Virus record (IMG/VR): IMGVR_UViG_3300020450_000008
DNA from: a virus
Taxonomy: Duplodnaviria; Caudoviricetes
Reading direction: 5' to 3' (one strand)
DNA length: 64,000 bases
Within the stretch, counting starts at the first letter, position 1; the number at the start of each line of letters is the position of its first letter. The notes beneath the pieces are model-generated. The model had not been told where the DNA came from, did not search any database, and worked only from the letters and a program-made list of their open reading frames with translations. The position numbers and the translations under genes were made by a program. Shown one piece after another: positions 19,731-30,300 of this stretch.

Positions 19731-21311
19731 ATGAGTACAGAAGATCAAAAGGCGTCCACCGTTACTTTATGTAAAGGTGTTGATACTACAAAATTCATGG
19801 AAGATATGGCTAAAGGTGGCTATGAGCTTCACGATGAAAATGTACCAAGCCTAAGAAATTTTGATTATGTATTATCACCAACTCAAATAAACACTTTAAA
19901 ATCAGATTCAAGAATAATTGATATACGATATGGTACTCAAGAAGAGAATGGAATAAAATTACTTCCTAGTGCTCTTAGAGCTCCATTTGATTTTAAAAAA
20001 GATGGAACACTTTCTGGTGGTAACTGGGGTCTGCCTGCATGTATAGACAATAGTGATTTATGGTCTGGTGTTGCAGGAACTTTAAATAATTATAGAGCAC
20101 CATTTACATTAACAGGAGCTAATGTGGATGTTGTCGTACAAGATAGTGGAATACAAACTGATCACCCAGAATGGAAAGATACTCCAAGAGAAGGAAACGT
20201 GGTTGGTGGTTCTTCATTTGGAACATCAAGGTATCAAACAGTCGACTGGCCAACTATAAGTGGACAACAAGCTTTTTATACACAAGATGCAAACTTTCAT
20301 AGAGATTTAGATGGGCATGGGACTCATGTTGCATCTATAATTGCTGGGAAACTGTATGGTTGGGCTAATGAAGCAAAAATTTATAGTTTAAAACTTAAAA
20401 ATTTATCTGATACTACTGGATTCGAAACAAATCATTCTTTAACAATGTTAAGGCATTGGCATAATTCAAAATCAGGTTCAAGACCAACTATTTGTAATAT
20501 GAGCTGGACTACAGTTTCTACGTATGCAAACATTGCTGGTGGAGTTTATAGAGGATCAAACTTTTCAGGAAGCAAAGGTGATGTAGCAAATGGTTCTTTA
20601 CAACAGTATGGAATAGTCCCAATAACAGCAGATGGTAGTGGTGATTATTTTGTTCCTATAAGAGATGCTTCAATTGATGCAGATATAGAAGATTGTATAG
20701 ATGCAGGTGTAATAATGGTAGGCGCTGCCGGAGATTATAGAATGCGAATGGATATTTTTGGTGGTGCAGATTATGATAATTATTTTAATTACACTGACAT
20801 AAGTGGTTTAGCGCAAACAAGAAGATATCATAGAGGTGGAACACCAGGTGCAACTGATAGCGTTATATGTGTTGGAGCAATAGGAGCTTCATATAATTCA
20901 GGAAAAGAAAATATTTGGGAAAATGGAAATAGAGGTCCAAGAATTGATGTATTTGCACCAGGTCAATATATCATGGGTGCCTTATCAACTTCACATTCAT
21001 CAAATAATGCAGCTGGTAATTCTAATTATCCTTTAGATTCTAATACATTTAAATCAAATGGTTTTACAGGATCAAGTTTTGCAGCTGCTCAAGTGACAGG
21101 TTTATTAGCCTGTTTATTACAAATAAGACAAAATTTAACACAAGCTGAATGTTTACAATTTTTAAAAGATAATGCACAAAATAATAGATTACAAGACGAT
21201 ACTACAGGAACACCTGCAAATGATTATGCTAATGGAACAGCATTACATGGTGCAGCTAATAGATTTTTAAAACAACCATTTAATGGTTCAATAGCTTTTG
21301 GATTTAGATAA
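19731..21311 (+). CDS. Subtilisin-like (S8) serine peptidase with N-terminal prodomain
   Basis: Catalytic triad motifs VVVQDSG, HGTHVASI, GSSFAAAQVTG; also IDVFAPG. Confidence 0.88.
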   Translation: MSTEDQKASTVTLCKGVDTTKFMEDMAKGGYELHDENVPSLRNFDYVLSPTQINTLKSDSRIIDIRYGTQEENGIKLLPSALRAPFDFKKDGTLSGGNWGLPACIDNSDLWSGVAGTLNNYRAPFTLTGANVDVVVQDSGIQTDHPEWKDTPREGNVVGGSSFGTSRYQTVDWPTISGQQAFYTQDANFHRDLDGHGTHVASIIAGKLYGWANEAKIYSLKLKNLSDTTGFETNHSLTMLRHWHNSKSGSRPTICNMSWTTVSTYANIAGGVYRGSNFSGSKGDVANGSLQQYGIVPITADGSGDYFVPIRDASIDADIEDCIDAGVIMVGAAGDYRMRMDIFGGADYDNYFNYTDISGLAQTRRYHRGGTPGATDSVICVGAIGASYNSGKENIWENGNRGPRIDVFAPGQYIMGALSTSHSSNNAAGNSNYPLDSNTFKSNGFTGSSFAAAQVTGLLACLLQIRQNLTQAECLQFLKDNAQNNRLQDDTTGTPANDYANGTALHGAANRFLKQPFNGSIAFGFR

Positions 21312-21691
21312 TGACAGACAAACCTGATGAAAATGTAGAAAACGACTATGAATATTCTAAAAGAACATATTACGATCTTATAGAAAAAGGTCAAAATGCT
21401 TTAGATGATATGATAGACGTTGCAAGAAACTTAGAACACCCACGAGCGTACGAAGTACTATCAGGTATGATTAAAAACGTATCTGATGTAAATGACAGAT
21501 TGATGGATTTAAATAAAAAGAAAAAAGATTTTTATAAGAACGACACGAAACAAATTGAAGGTAATACTACTAATAATAATCTCTTTGTTGGATCAACGAC
21601 TGATCTGCAAAGAATGCTAAAGAATGTAAGCGATAACGATAATGTTATCGATATAAATGAGAGAAAACCTTCTGATGATGAAAATAGTTGA
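21311..21691 (+). CDS. gp16: Terminase small subunit gp16
   Basis: EHPRAYEV and NNNLFVGSTTDLQ motifs; directly upstream of the large subunit. Confidence 0.9.
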   Translation: MTDKPDENVENDYEYSKRTYYDLIEKGQNALDDMIDVARNLEHPRAYEVLSGMIKNVSDVNDRLMDLNKKKKDFYKNDTKQIEGNTTNNNLFVGSTTDLQRMLKNVSDNDNVIDINERKPSDDENS

Positions 21692-23264
21692 TGCATATCT
21701 TGGCAACCCAAACGTAAAGAAAGATGGTGTTGTACAAACTTGGACCAATGAAGAAGTTCAAGAATATGCTCGATGTATGAATGATCCTGCTTATTTTGCC
21801 AGAAAATATTGTAAAATAATATCTCTTGATGAAGGATTAGTAGACTTCAATCTATATCCATACCAAGAAAAAATGTTTAAAGCTTTTAATACTAACAGGT
21901 TTAATATAGTATTAGCTTGTCGTCAATCGGGTAAATCCATCTCTTCAGTTGCGTATCTTTTGTGGTTTGTATTATTTCATCCAGAAAGAATAGTAGCTAT
22001 TATGGCTAACAAAGGAGCTACTGCTCGTGAGATGTTAGGGCGTGTGACATTAATGTTAGAGAACTTGCCTTTCTTCCTTCAACCTGGCTGTAAAGCTTTG
22101 AACAAAGGTTCGATCGAGTTTTCAAATAACTCTCGGATTGTGGCAGCTGCAACGAGCGGGTCATCAATTCGTGGTATGTCAGTTTCACTCCTGTATTTAG
22201 ATGAGTTTGCTTTTGTGGAAAGAGCGTCTGAGTTTTATACATCTACATATCCTGTTATTTCATCGGGTAAAGAGACTAAAGTTATTATTACATCTACTGC
22301 AAATGGTATTGGTAATGTATTCCATAAACTTTGGGAAGGAGCCACTCAAGGAGTAAATGAATATAACGCTTTTAGAGTTGATTGGTGGGACGTTCCAGGT
22401 CGAGATGACAAGTGGAAAGCGCAAACAATAGCTAATACGTCGCAACTTCAGTTTGATCAAGAATTTGGAAATACGTTTTTTGGAACTGGCGATACACTTA
22501 TTCATGCTGAAACATTATTAAATTTAAGAAGAAGAGAACCAATAAAGATCTCTAATGATCAAGTTAAAATTTACAAAGAACCAATAAAAGGTCATCAATA
22601 CACTATGACCGTAGATGTAGCAAGGGGAAGAGGACAGGATTATTCAACTTTTAATTTAATCGATATAAGTACGAACCCCTTTGAGCAAGTAGCTGTATAT
22701 CGCAACAACACTATCTCTCCATTACTCTTCCCTAATATTATATATAAGTATGCAAATCTTTACAACCAAGCATTAGTTGTTATTGAATCAAATGATGCTG
22801 GACAGGTTGTATGTAATGGACTGTATCATGATTTAGAATATGAGAACATGTTTGTTGAATCCACTATTAAAAATTCTGGATTAGGTTTGAATATGACAAG
22901 AAAGGTCAAACGAATTGGTTGTTCTGCATTTAAAGATTTAATAGAACATGGAAAAATTAATATATGCGATGAAGACACTATATTAGAAATATCAACTTTT
23001 GTCGCAAAGGGGCAGTCATACGAAGCGTCAGAAGGAAACCATGATGATCTAGTTATGAATTACATTCTTTTTGGATTCTTTGTAGGTACAACTTATTTTA
23101 GCGAACTTACAGATATTAGTATAAAGAAACTTATGTTTGAACAAAGAATGCTAGAAATAGAAAACGATGTTGTACCTTTTGGAATAATAGATGATGGTCT
23201 AGAAGATACTTATGAAAAGACTGAAGATGGTTGGGCCATAGAACATACTAATCAAAATTTTTAA
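21657..23264 (+). CDS. gp17: Terminase large subunit gp17 (true start may be 21675 or 21678)
   Basis: Walker A RQSGKS, Walker B LYLDEFAF, IITSTANG, nuclease motifs VDVARG and HDDLVM. Confidence 0.97.
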   Translation: MRENLLMMKIVDAYLGNPNVKKDGVVQTWTNEEVQEYARCMNDPAYFARKYCKIISLDEGLVDFNLYPYQEKMFKAFNTNRFNIVLACRQSGKSISSVAYLLWFVLFHPERIVAIMANKGATAREMLGRVTLMLENLPFFLQPGCKALNKGSIEFSNNSRIVAAATSGSSIRGMSVSLLYLDEFAFVERASEFYTSTYPVISSGKETKVIITSTANGIGNVFHKLWEGATQGVNEYNAFRVDWWDVPGRDDKWKAQTIANTSQLQFDQEFGNTFFGTGDTLIHAETLLNLRRREPIKISNDQVKIYKEPIKGHQYTMTVDVARGRGQDYSTFNLIDISTNPFEQVAVYRNNTISPLLFPNIIYKYANLYNQALVVIESNDAGQVVCNGLYHDLEYENMFVESTIKNSGLGLNMTRKVKRIGCSAFKDLIEHGKINICDEDTILEISTFVAKGQSYEASEGNHDDLVMNYILFGFFVGTTYFSELTDISIKKLMFEQRMLEIENDVVPFGIIDDGLEDTYEKTEDGWAIEHTNQNF

Positions 23265-23276
23265 AAAACTTTTTAT

Positions 23277-23284
23277 TATAAATA
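23277..23284 (+). promoter_or_regulatory. T4-type late promoter TATAAATA
   Basis: Exact consensus in the gp17-gp18 intergenic region. Confidence 0.85.
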
Positions 23285-23358
23285 TAGTATAATTGAACAT
23301 AACCGTATCATGATTTTTAAAAACTTATAATTAATCACTTGGAAAAAGGAAACGAGAC

Positions 23359-25110
23359 ATGGCTTTATTCGCACCATCAGAGTCTCCGGCCGTCGTAGTT
23401 AAGGAAATAGACCTTACGAGTAGTGTCCCAAATGTTCAGTCATCGACTGGCGCAATTGTAATGACATCTCGTTGGGGACCTGTTGACGAGCCAAGACTAG
23501 TAGCCAATGAGCAAGGACTCATTGACATTTACGCATCTCCCGACGATGCGCACGCAATCGACTTTCACAACGCAAGTTATTTTCTAAGATATTCTAATGC
23601 ATTACAAATAGTTAGAATGTGTGGTACAGGAGCAACTAACGCACATAGTGGCGATAGCGCAACTCTTGCACTAAAAATAGATAACGAAGATGACTTTAAC
23701 GCTTCACTAGCAGCATTAGATTCCGATAATGTAGGTGTCTTAGCTAAATATCCTGGAGCACTAGGAAACTCACTTAAATTGGAAACATTTGCCGCTGACG
23801 CGTCAGGTGCCACAGGTGACTTTGCTTCATGGCCCTTCAAAGCTTTCTTTGATGCCGCACCAGGAACCAGTGCATCAGCAACCGCAGATGGATCAACTCA
23901 CGACGAAGTACACGTGGCAGTTGTAGATCAAGACGGTTTAATCACTGGTACTAAAGGTGAAGTATTAGAAACTTATGCATATGTATCCGTTGCTGAAAAT
24001 GCAAAGAATACAGATGGAACATCAAACTATCTAAAAGATGTGATCAATAGACAATCCAGATATATTTGGATTCCTGATATCACACAAGTAGGTGGAGCAA
24101 ATGGTTTAGGTAATGCCGCTGGTACTGCCACTTCCACAGGTAAAAACTATGGAACAGGTAGAACTTCTCAGCGACAGCAAATTTCTCTAACAGACGGTGC
24201 TGACGGCGCCGCTCTAACTACAGGGCAAATTGCTACTGGTTTCGACCATTTTGAAGATCCAGATACTATAGAAGTTGATTTTTTGATTGCACCAGGAATG
24301 GGAACATCATCAGATCAAGTTACTGTAGTAAATGATCTAGTTGCCACAGCTTCCTCTCTTAGAAAAGACTGTGTAGTAGTTACATCACCAAACAGAGCTG
24401 CAGTTGTTAATAACGCTGCAAGTGCAGTAGCTGACGTTGCTACGGCTGTAACTAATTTTACTAAAAGTTCTTATCTAATCGTAGACAATAATTATCTTAA
24501 AGTCTATGATAAATTTAATGATAAGTTCATTTTCATACCGGCAGCATCTTCTACAGCTGGTATTATGGCCGCAACAGATAGAACAGCCGCTCCGTTCTTC
24601 TCACCGGCTGGAAGTAGAAGAGGCCAATACCTTGGCGTAACCTCTCTAGCATATAATCCAAAAAAATCTGATAGAGATACTCACTACAAGATTGGAGTCA
24701 ATCCTGTAGCAAATCTTCCTGGTCAGGGAATATTACTATTTGGTGATAAAACCCACCAGAGCCGACCATCAGCTTTTGACAGAATAAATGTTAGAAGACT
24801 ATTCTTAGTTATCGAAAGAGCAATATCAACAGCTGCAAAAGCTACGATTTTTGAATTCAACGATGAATTTACGAGATCAGAGTTTGTGGCTATCGTTGAA
24901 CCAGTTCTTCGAAACATAAAGGGTAGACGTGGAATTACAGACTTTAAAGTAGTATGTGATGACACAAACAATGGTCCAGAGATCATTGACACAAATCAAT
25001 TTGTTGCTAACATCTTCATCAAACCTGCAAGATCTGTCAACTTCATAACACTTAACTTTGTTGGTGTTAGATCAGGCGTAGAGTTCAGTGAAGTTGTTGG
25101 AACAGTATAA
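23359..25110 (+). CDS. gp18: Tail sheath protein gp18
   Basis: SPAVVVKEID, WGPVDEP, YPGALGN, FSPAG, FDRINVRRLF, IKPARSVNFI motifs. Confidence 0.96.
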   Translation: MALFAPSESPAVVVKEIDLTSSVPNVQSSTGAIVMTSRWGPVDEPRLVANEQGLIDIYASPDDAHAIDFHNASYFLRYSNALQIVRMCGTGATNAHSGDSATLALKIDNEDDFNASLAALDSDNVGVLAKYPGALGNSLKLETFAADASGATGDFASWPFKAFFDAAPGTSASATADGSTHDEVHVAVVDQDGLITGTKGEVLETYAYVSVAENAKNTDGTSNYLKDVINRQSRYIWIPDITQVGGANGLGNAAGTATSTGKNYGTGRTSQRQQISLTDGADGAALTTGQIATGFDHFEDPDTIEVDFLIAPGMGTSSDQVTVVNDLVATASSLRKDCVVVTSPNRAAVVNNAASAVADVATAVTNFTKSSYLIVDNNYLKVYDKFNDKFIFIPAASSTAGIMAATDRTAAPFFSPAGSRRGQYLGVTSLAYNPKKSDRDTHYKIGVNPVANLPGQGILLFGDKTHQSRPSAFDRINVRRLFLVIERAISTAAKATIFEFNDEFTRSEFVAIVEPVLRNIKGRRGITDFKVVCDDTNNGPEIIDTNQFVANIFIKPARSVNFITLNFVGVRSGVEFSEVVGTV

Positions 25111-25113
25111 ATA
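25106..25113 (+). promoter_or_regulatory. T4-type late promoter TATAAATA
   Basis: Exact consensus overlapping the gp18 stop codon, upstream of gp19. Confidence 0.8.
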
Positions 25114-25131
25114 ACGTTAAGGAGATAAAAA

Positions 25132-25749
25132 ATGGCCGTATTAGGTATTAATGATTTTAAATCTGCCTTATCTGGAGGTGGCGCACGTCCTAATCTGTAT
25201 AAGGTGACTGTTACTGCTCCTCTAACGCTTGGAGTTATTGAAGGTATCGGCGGAGCCGATGCTGCAAATTTCTCTTTCATGTGTAGAGCCGCTCAGCTAC
25301 CAGCCTCAATAATGGGAGTCGCACCGGTTCCTTTTAGAGGAAGAGTACTGCAAGTGGCAGGGGACAGAGTATTCGAACCATGGATTGTTACTGTTTATAA
25401 CGACACTAACTTCAAAATTCGTTCAGGTTGTGAAGCCTGGATGAATGCTATAAACGCACATGAAGATAATGTTGGAGTAACAAATCCTGCAGACTATCAA
25501 TCTGATTTAATTGTTGAACAGCTCGATAAGAGCGGTAAGCAAATTTACAGATATGATTTCCGCGGAACTTTCCCAACAAATATTTCTGATATTCCACTAG
25601 CATATGATGCTAATGATGTAATTGAAGAATTTACCATTGAATTTCAAGTTCAGTATTGGGAAAGCTTTAAAGGAACCTTAGGTCCTGCTGGAGGAAGAGG
25701 CACACAAGTTGCTGGAGCCGAAGGCGCTGGACTTTTACAAGGTCCTTAA
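25132..25749 (+). CDS. gp19: Tail tube protein gp19
   Basis: GGGARPNLY, FRGRVLQVAGDRVFEPW, FPTNISDIPL motifs. Confidence 0.95.
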   Translation: MAVLGINDFKSALSGGGARPNLYKVTVTAPLTLGVIEGIGGADAANFSFMCRAAQLPASIMGVAPVPFRGRVLQVAGDRVFEPWIVTVYNDTNFKIRSGCEAWMNAINAHEDNVGVTNPADYQSDLIVEQLDKSGKQIYRYDFRGTFPTNISDIPLAYDANDVIEEFTIEFQVQYWESFKGTLGPAGGRGTQVAGAEGAGLLQGP

Positions 25750-25764
25750 TATTGAATAAATAAA

Positions 25765-25790
25765 TGTGGGGGGCAGAAATGCCCCTCATA
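25765..25790 (+). promoter_or_regulatory. GC-rich hairpin (GAAA loop) between gp19 and gp20; possible terminator or mRNA stability element
   Basis: Stem ggggca-gaaa-tgcccc, extendable with G-U pairs; no U-tract follows. Confidence 0.5.
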
Positions 25791-25807
25791 ATTAGAAAAG
25801 GATTGTA

Positions 25808-27352
25808 ATGGCGGAAGAAAATGCAATAAAGCTTTTTGGTTTTGAAATCAAAAGAGCAAATAAAAATAAAAGTGAAAAACTAAGATCTGTAGTTCCTCCA
25901 GCTGGCGATGATGGTGCTGGATACGTTACCGCAAACGCTAGTTATTATGGGCAATACGTCGATATTGATGGTAACAATGCTAAAGATAACTATTCATTAA
26001 TAATGAAATATAGAGGAGTCGCCACTCATCCGGAAGTGGACGCGGCAATAGAGGATATTGTCAATGAAGCAATAGTAGTTGATGATGAAGCCGATGTGGT
26101 TTCATTAGCGTTAGATGACATAGAAGCTACTGATCAAATAAAAGAATCAATAAAAGAAGAATTTAAAAACATTTTATCCATGCTTAATTTTAATGAGCTG
26201 GGACATGATATATTTAAAAGATGGTACACAGATGGAAGACTTTATCATCATTTAGTACTTCCTGATGGTAATGAAAAAGGTGGTATTCAAGAAATACGTT
26301 TTATCGACGCTCTTAAGATGAGAAAAGTAAGAGAAGTCAAGAAAGAAAAAGATCCTAAGACAAATACAGATATTGTAAAAGAAGTAAAAGAGTATTATAT
26401 ATTTCAAGAGAAACCAGGTGTAAGTGCATTAAATAACGCGGTAAAGTTTCATCTTGATTCGATAAGTTACGTAACATCTGGTTTGTTAGATGAAAAAAGA
26501 GCCAAAGTTGTTTCACATTTACATAAGGCAATAAAGCCTATAAACCAACTGAGAATGATGGAAGACTCTCTTGTTATTTACAGATTAGCAAGAGCCCCGG
26601 AAAGAAGAATATTCTATGTTGATGTTGGTAACCTTCCAAAAGGTAAAGCCGAAGAGTACATGAAAAGTATAATGACTAAGTTTCGAAACAAACTTGTTTA
26701 TGATGCTAACACTGGTGAACTTAAAGATGACAGAAAACATATGTCAATGCTTGAAGATTTTTGGCTACCAAGAAGAGAAGGTGGTAGAGGTACCGAAGTA
26801 TCTGCATTACCAGGTGGTGAAAATCTTGGACAAATAGATGATATAGTATATTTTCAAAAAAGAGTTTACAGAGCTCTTAATGTTCCCATAAACAGATTAG
26901 AACAAGAAGCTCAGTTCTCACTTGGTAGAAGTACAGAAATATCTCGTGATGAAGTTAAATTTCAAAAATTTATCGATAGATTAAGAAACAAATTTTCTTC
27001 ATTGTTTATGGATATTCTTAAAAAACAACTGATACTTAAAAAAGTTATTACTGAGGCAGATTGGGATTCTTGGAAAGAAGATATAACTGTTGAATATGCT
27101 CGAGATAATTACTTTAGCGAGCTTAAAGAAAGCGAATTATTAAAGGAAAGAATACAGACATTAGATATGATTCAACCTCATGTTGGAGAATACTTCACAA
27201 AAGACTGGGTTATGAAAAATGTTCTTAAACTCAGTGAAGAAGATACCAAAGAACTTGATAAAGAAGTTGATGATGAAAATCAAGATGAAGTTGATAAAGC
27301 TGAAAAAGGTGCACCTGCTAAAGAAGTAGATAAAGATTCAGATGAAGCATAA
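25808..27352 (+). CDS. gp20: Portal protein gp20
   Basis: NQLRMMEDSLVIYRLARAPERRIFYVDVGNLPK, MLEDFWLPRREGGRGTE motifs. Confidence 0.97.
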   Translation: MAEENAIKLFGFEIKRANKNKSEKLRSVVPPAGDDGAGYVTANASYYGQYVDIDGNNAKDNYSLIMKYRGVATHPEVDAAIEDIVNEAIVVDDEADVVSLALDDIEATDQIKESIKEEFKNILSMLNFNELGHDIFKRWYTDGRLYHHLVLPDGNEKGGIQEIRFIDALKMRKVREVKKEKDPKTNTDIVKEVKEYYIFQEKPGVSALNNAVKFHLDSISYVTSGLLDEKRAKVVSHLHKAIKPINQLRMMEDSLVIYRLARAPERRIFYVDVGNLPKGKAEEYMKSIMTKFRNKLVYDANTGELKDDRKHMSMLEDFWLPRREGGRGTEVSALPGGENLGQIDDIVYFQKRVYRALNVPINRLEQEAQFSLGRSTEISRDEVKFQKFIDRLRNKFSSLFMDILKKQLILKKVITEADWDSWKEDITVEYARDNYFSELKESELLKERIQTLDMIQPHVGEYFTKDWVMKNVLKLSEEDTKELDKEVDDENQDEVDKAEKGAPAKEVDKDSDEA

Positions 27353-30300
27353 TGGCAGACATATTAAAATACAGATTACCAGATGGAACAGAGGCAGAAG
27401 TAACATCTAACACTTCTAGTGTAACTCTTCCTTTCACAACTCCACATTTAGACTTTACTGTAATACTCGATCAACTTGCTGTTAATCCAGGTGAGGTTCG
27501 TGGTTGGTATGTTTCGTCAAGTACTTACTTTTCTCCTACATTATCAGGCAATTACAATTATAGACTTGAACTTATTGAGGGACAAACTAGAACAGTTACT
27601 ATACAAACTGTTGATGCTAAGAATACTTCTGATTTAAATTCAGGAAGATTTAGTTCTTTTAGAGATAACTTTTCTATAACAGTAACAAGAGGATCTGCTC
27701 CAGCAGATTCATCTGCTGATTCAACTACTCAATCATTTTTAACTTTTCCAGATAGTGATGCAAGGTTAACAATTGAAGGAAATCAGATTGTTTTAACTGA
27801 TAGTAATTTTCAGTTTAATATTTCTGCACTTGATGTTATTGATTCTGCATACATTCAAGCCCGACAAGCATTTAGTACTTTTGATTCAAATGAAGTTGTT
27901 GCATTAATAAATGCAAATACACCTACTTTAATTGAAAATTCAGTTCCTCTGGATTCTTCTACTGTAAGTGCCATAATAAACAATCAAGTAGATTCTAACT
28001 ATGTATCAGGAAGACAAATAATAGGAAGTGATTCAGCTTCTATAATTACTATTGTCAATAGCATAGTTGATTCAGCATATGTTTCACTAAGAGATAGAGT
28101 ACAGGATTCTGGGTTTGTAACTGGAATCGTAGATGCTGCATATGTCCAAGCAAGAGATAGAATAAGAGACTCTGGTTTTGTAACAAATGTAATTGATTCA
28201 AATTATATCATATCTATACTTGACGACAGTTCATTAACTATTGATGGTAATGGCTTAAATAACGGTGTAACTATATCGGATGGTTCTATTGTTATGAGAA
28301 CAGGAACTGGAAGTGTTGCCGCTATTGATATGTATTGTGAAGTTAATAATATACATAGAGTAAGATTAAAGGCACCTTCACATTCTAACTTCAGTGGTAA
28401 TCCAGATGTCATATTACCAAACACTTCCGGAACTATTGCTCTTACATCAGATATTACCGGAACCGTAACAGCTTCTTACATTCAAGCAAACCAAACAAAA
28501 TTTTTAGATTCATCTCTTGCAACTCAACTTATAGATGCTTCTTACATTCAAGCCCGACAGCTTTTTGATTCAGATACTTTAAGAGACTCTGGTTTTATAA
28601 CTGGAATAATAACTCCAGAATATATTCAAGCAAGACAAATGTTTGACTCAGATACTTTAAGAGATTCTGGATTTATAACTGGAATTATAGATTCAGACTA
28701 TATTAATAATAGAACCGCTTCTGGAACTGATTCTACAGCTGTATTAGCAATGATAACCACAACAATTACTCCAGGTTATATTCAGGCAAGACAGCTTTTT
28801 GACTCAGATACTAAAGTAGATTCGGCCTTTGTAACTAGTATAGTTGATGCCGCTTATGTTCAAGCAAGAGATAGAATAAGAGACTCTGGTTTTGTAACTG
28901 ATATTTTATTACCTAATGAGTTTGCAAAAGATAGTGCAGTAAAATTATACTTTGCTGGTACCAAAAAATTTGAAACAACAGACTCAGGCGTTGATGTTCA
29001 AGGTGATCTTACACTTGTACAAAATAATGCTAGAATTAAACTCGGTGGACTGATACTTAGAGATAGTAATGGAGCACTTGCAATAAAAGATTCAGCAGGA
29101 ATTGCAACCTCAATAACTTTTTCAAATCAGTTTGATTCTTCAACAGCATTATCTTTAATTGACTCTGCGTATGTACAGGCAAGACAAGTTGATCTTCAAA
29201 GAGAGTCTGGTTTTATAATTGGTATTGTGGATACAGCATATGTTCAAGCAAGACAGAGTTTTGGCGCTGCTGGTGATTCCACGAGCACGATTGCTATTAT
29301 ACAAAGCGTTGTTAATAATTCTTATGTTCAGGCTAGACAAACTAATTTTGATTTTTTAGATTCAGGAGAAGTTATAAATCTTATAGATTCTAATTATGTT
29401 CAGGCAAGGCAGGTTGATCTTCAAAGAGACTCTGGATTTGTAACTGGAATAATAACTCCAGAATATATTCAAGCAAGGCAACTATTTGATTCAGATACCG
29501 ATACTTTAAGAGATTCTGGATTTATAACTGGAATAATAGATTCAGATTACATTAACAATAGAACTTCAAGTGGTGTTGATTCTGCTACCGTTTTGTCAAT
29601 TGTTGATTCAGATTATATATCTGCAGTTGCAGGTGGATTTGCTAGTCCTAGATTTAAAGACTTTAAATATATAGCAACAAATGCACAAACTACATTTACT
29701 GGTAACGATGCTAATAGTAAAACACTGGCATTAAAAGATAGCAACTTTGCTGTATATTTAAATGGTATAAGACTATTAAGATCTGATTATACATCAACAA
29801 ATACAAGCGTTGTTTTGGATAGCGCGGCAAGTACTGGAGATGAGATAGTAATTAGTGCAATGACAGCTGATTTTCGTGGTTCAGCTGATCTTATCGATTC
29901 CGCTTATATACAAGAGAGAATTGGAGGAGTTATTTCTCCAATATTTACAAACTTTAAATTTATTGCTGATGGAAATCAAACAGAATTTTTTGGTAACGAT
30001 GCTAATGGAAATGGTCTAACTTTTGATTCACATAACTTTAATGTATTGCTTAATGGTATACAATTAGATAGATCAGATTATCATGCTGATGCTGGTGCTA
30101 ATAAAATATTTTTAGTGTCAGGTGCTACTGCATCTGATGAACTTGTAGTTAATACACTTAAGTCAACCATAACATCAACGTTACAAGCAGTTAAAGATAT
30201 AGTAACTCCAGAATATATTCAAGCAAGACAGCTTTTTGACTCAGATACCGATACCAATCTTTCATCTACTGATAGTTTATCTGAAGGATCAACTAATTTG

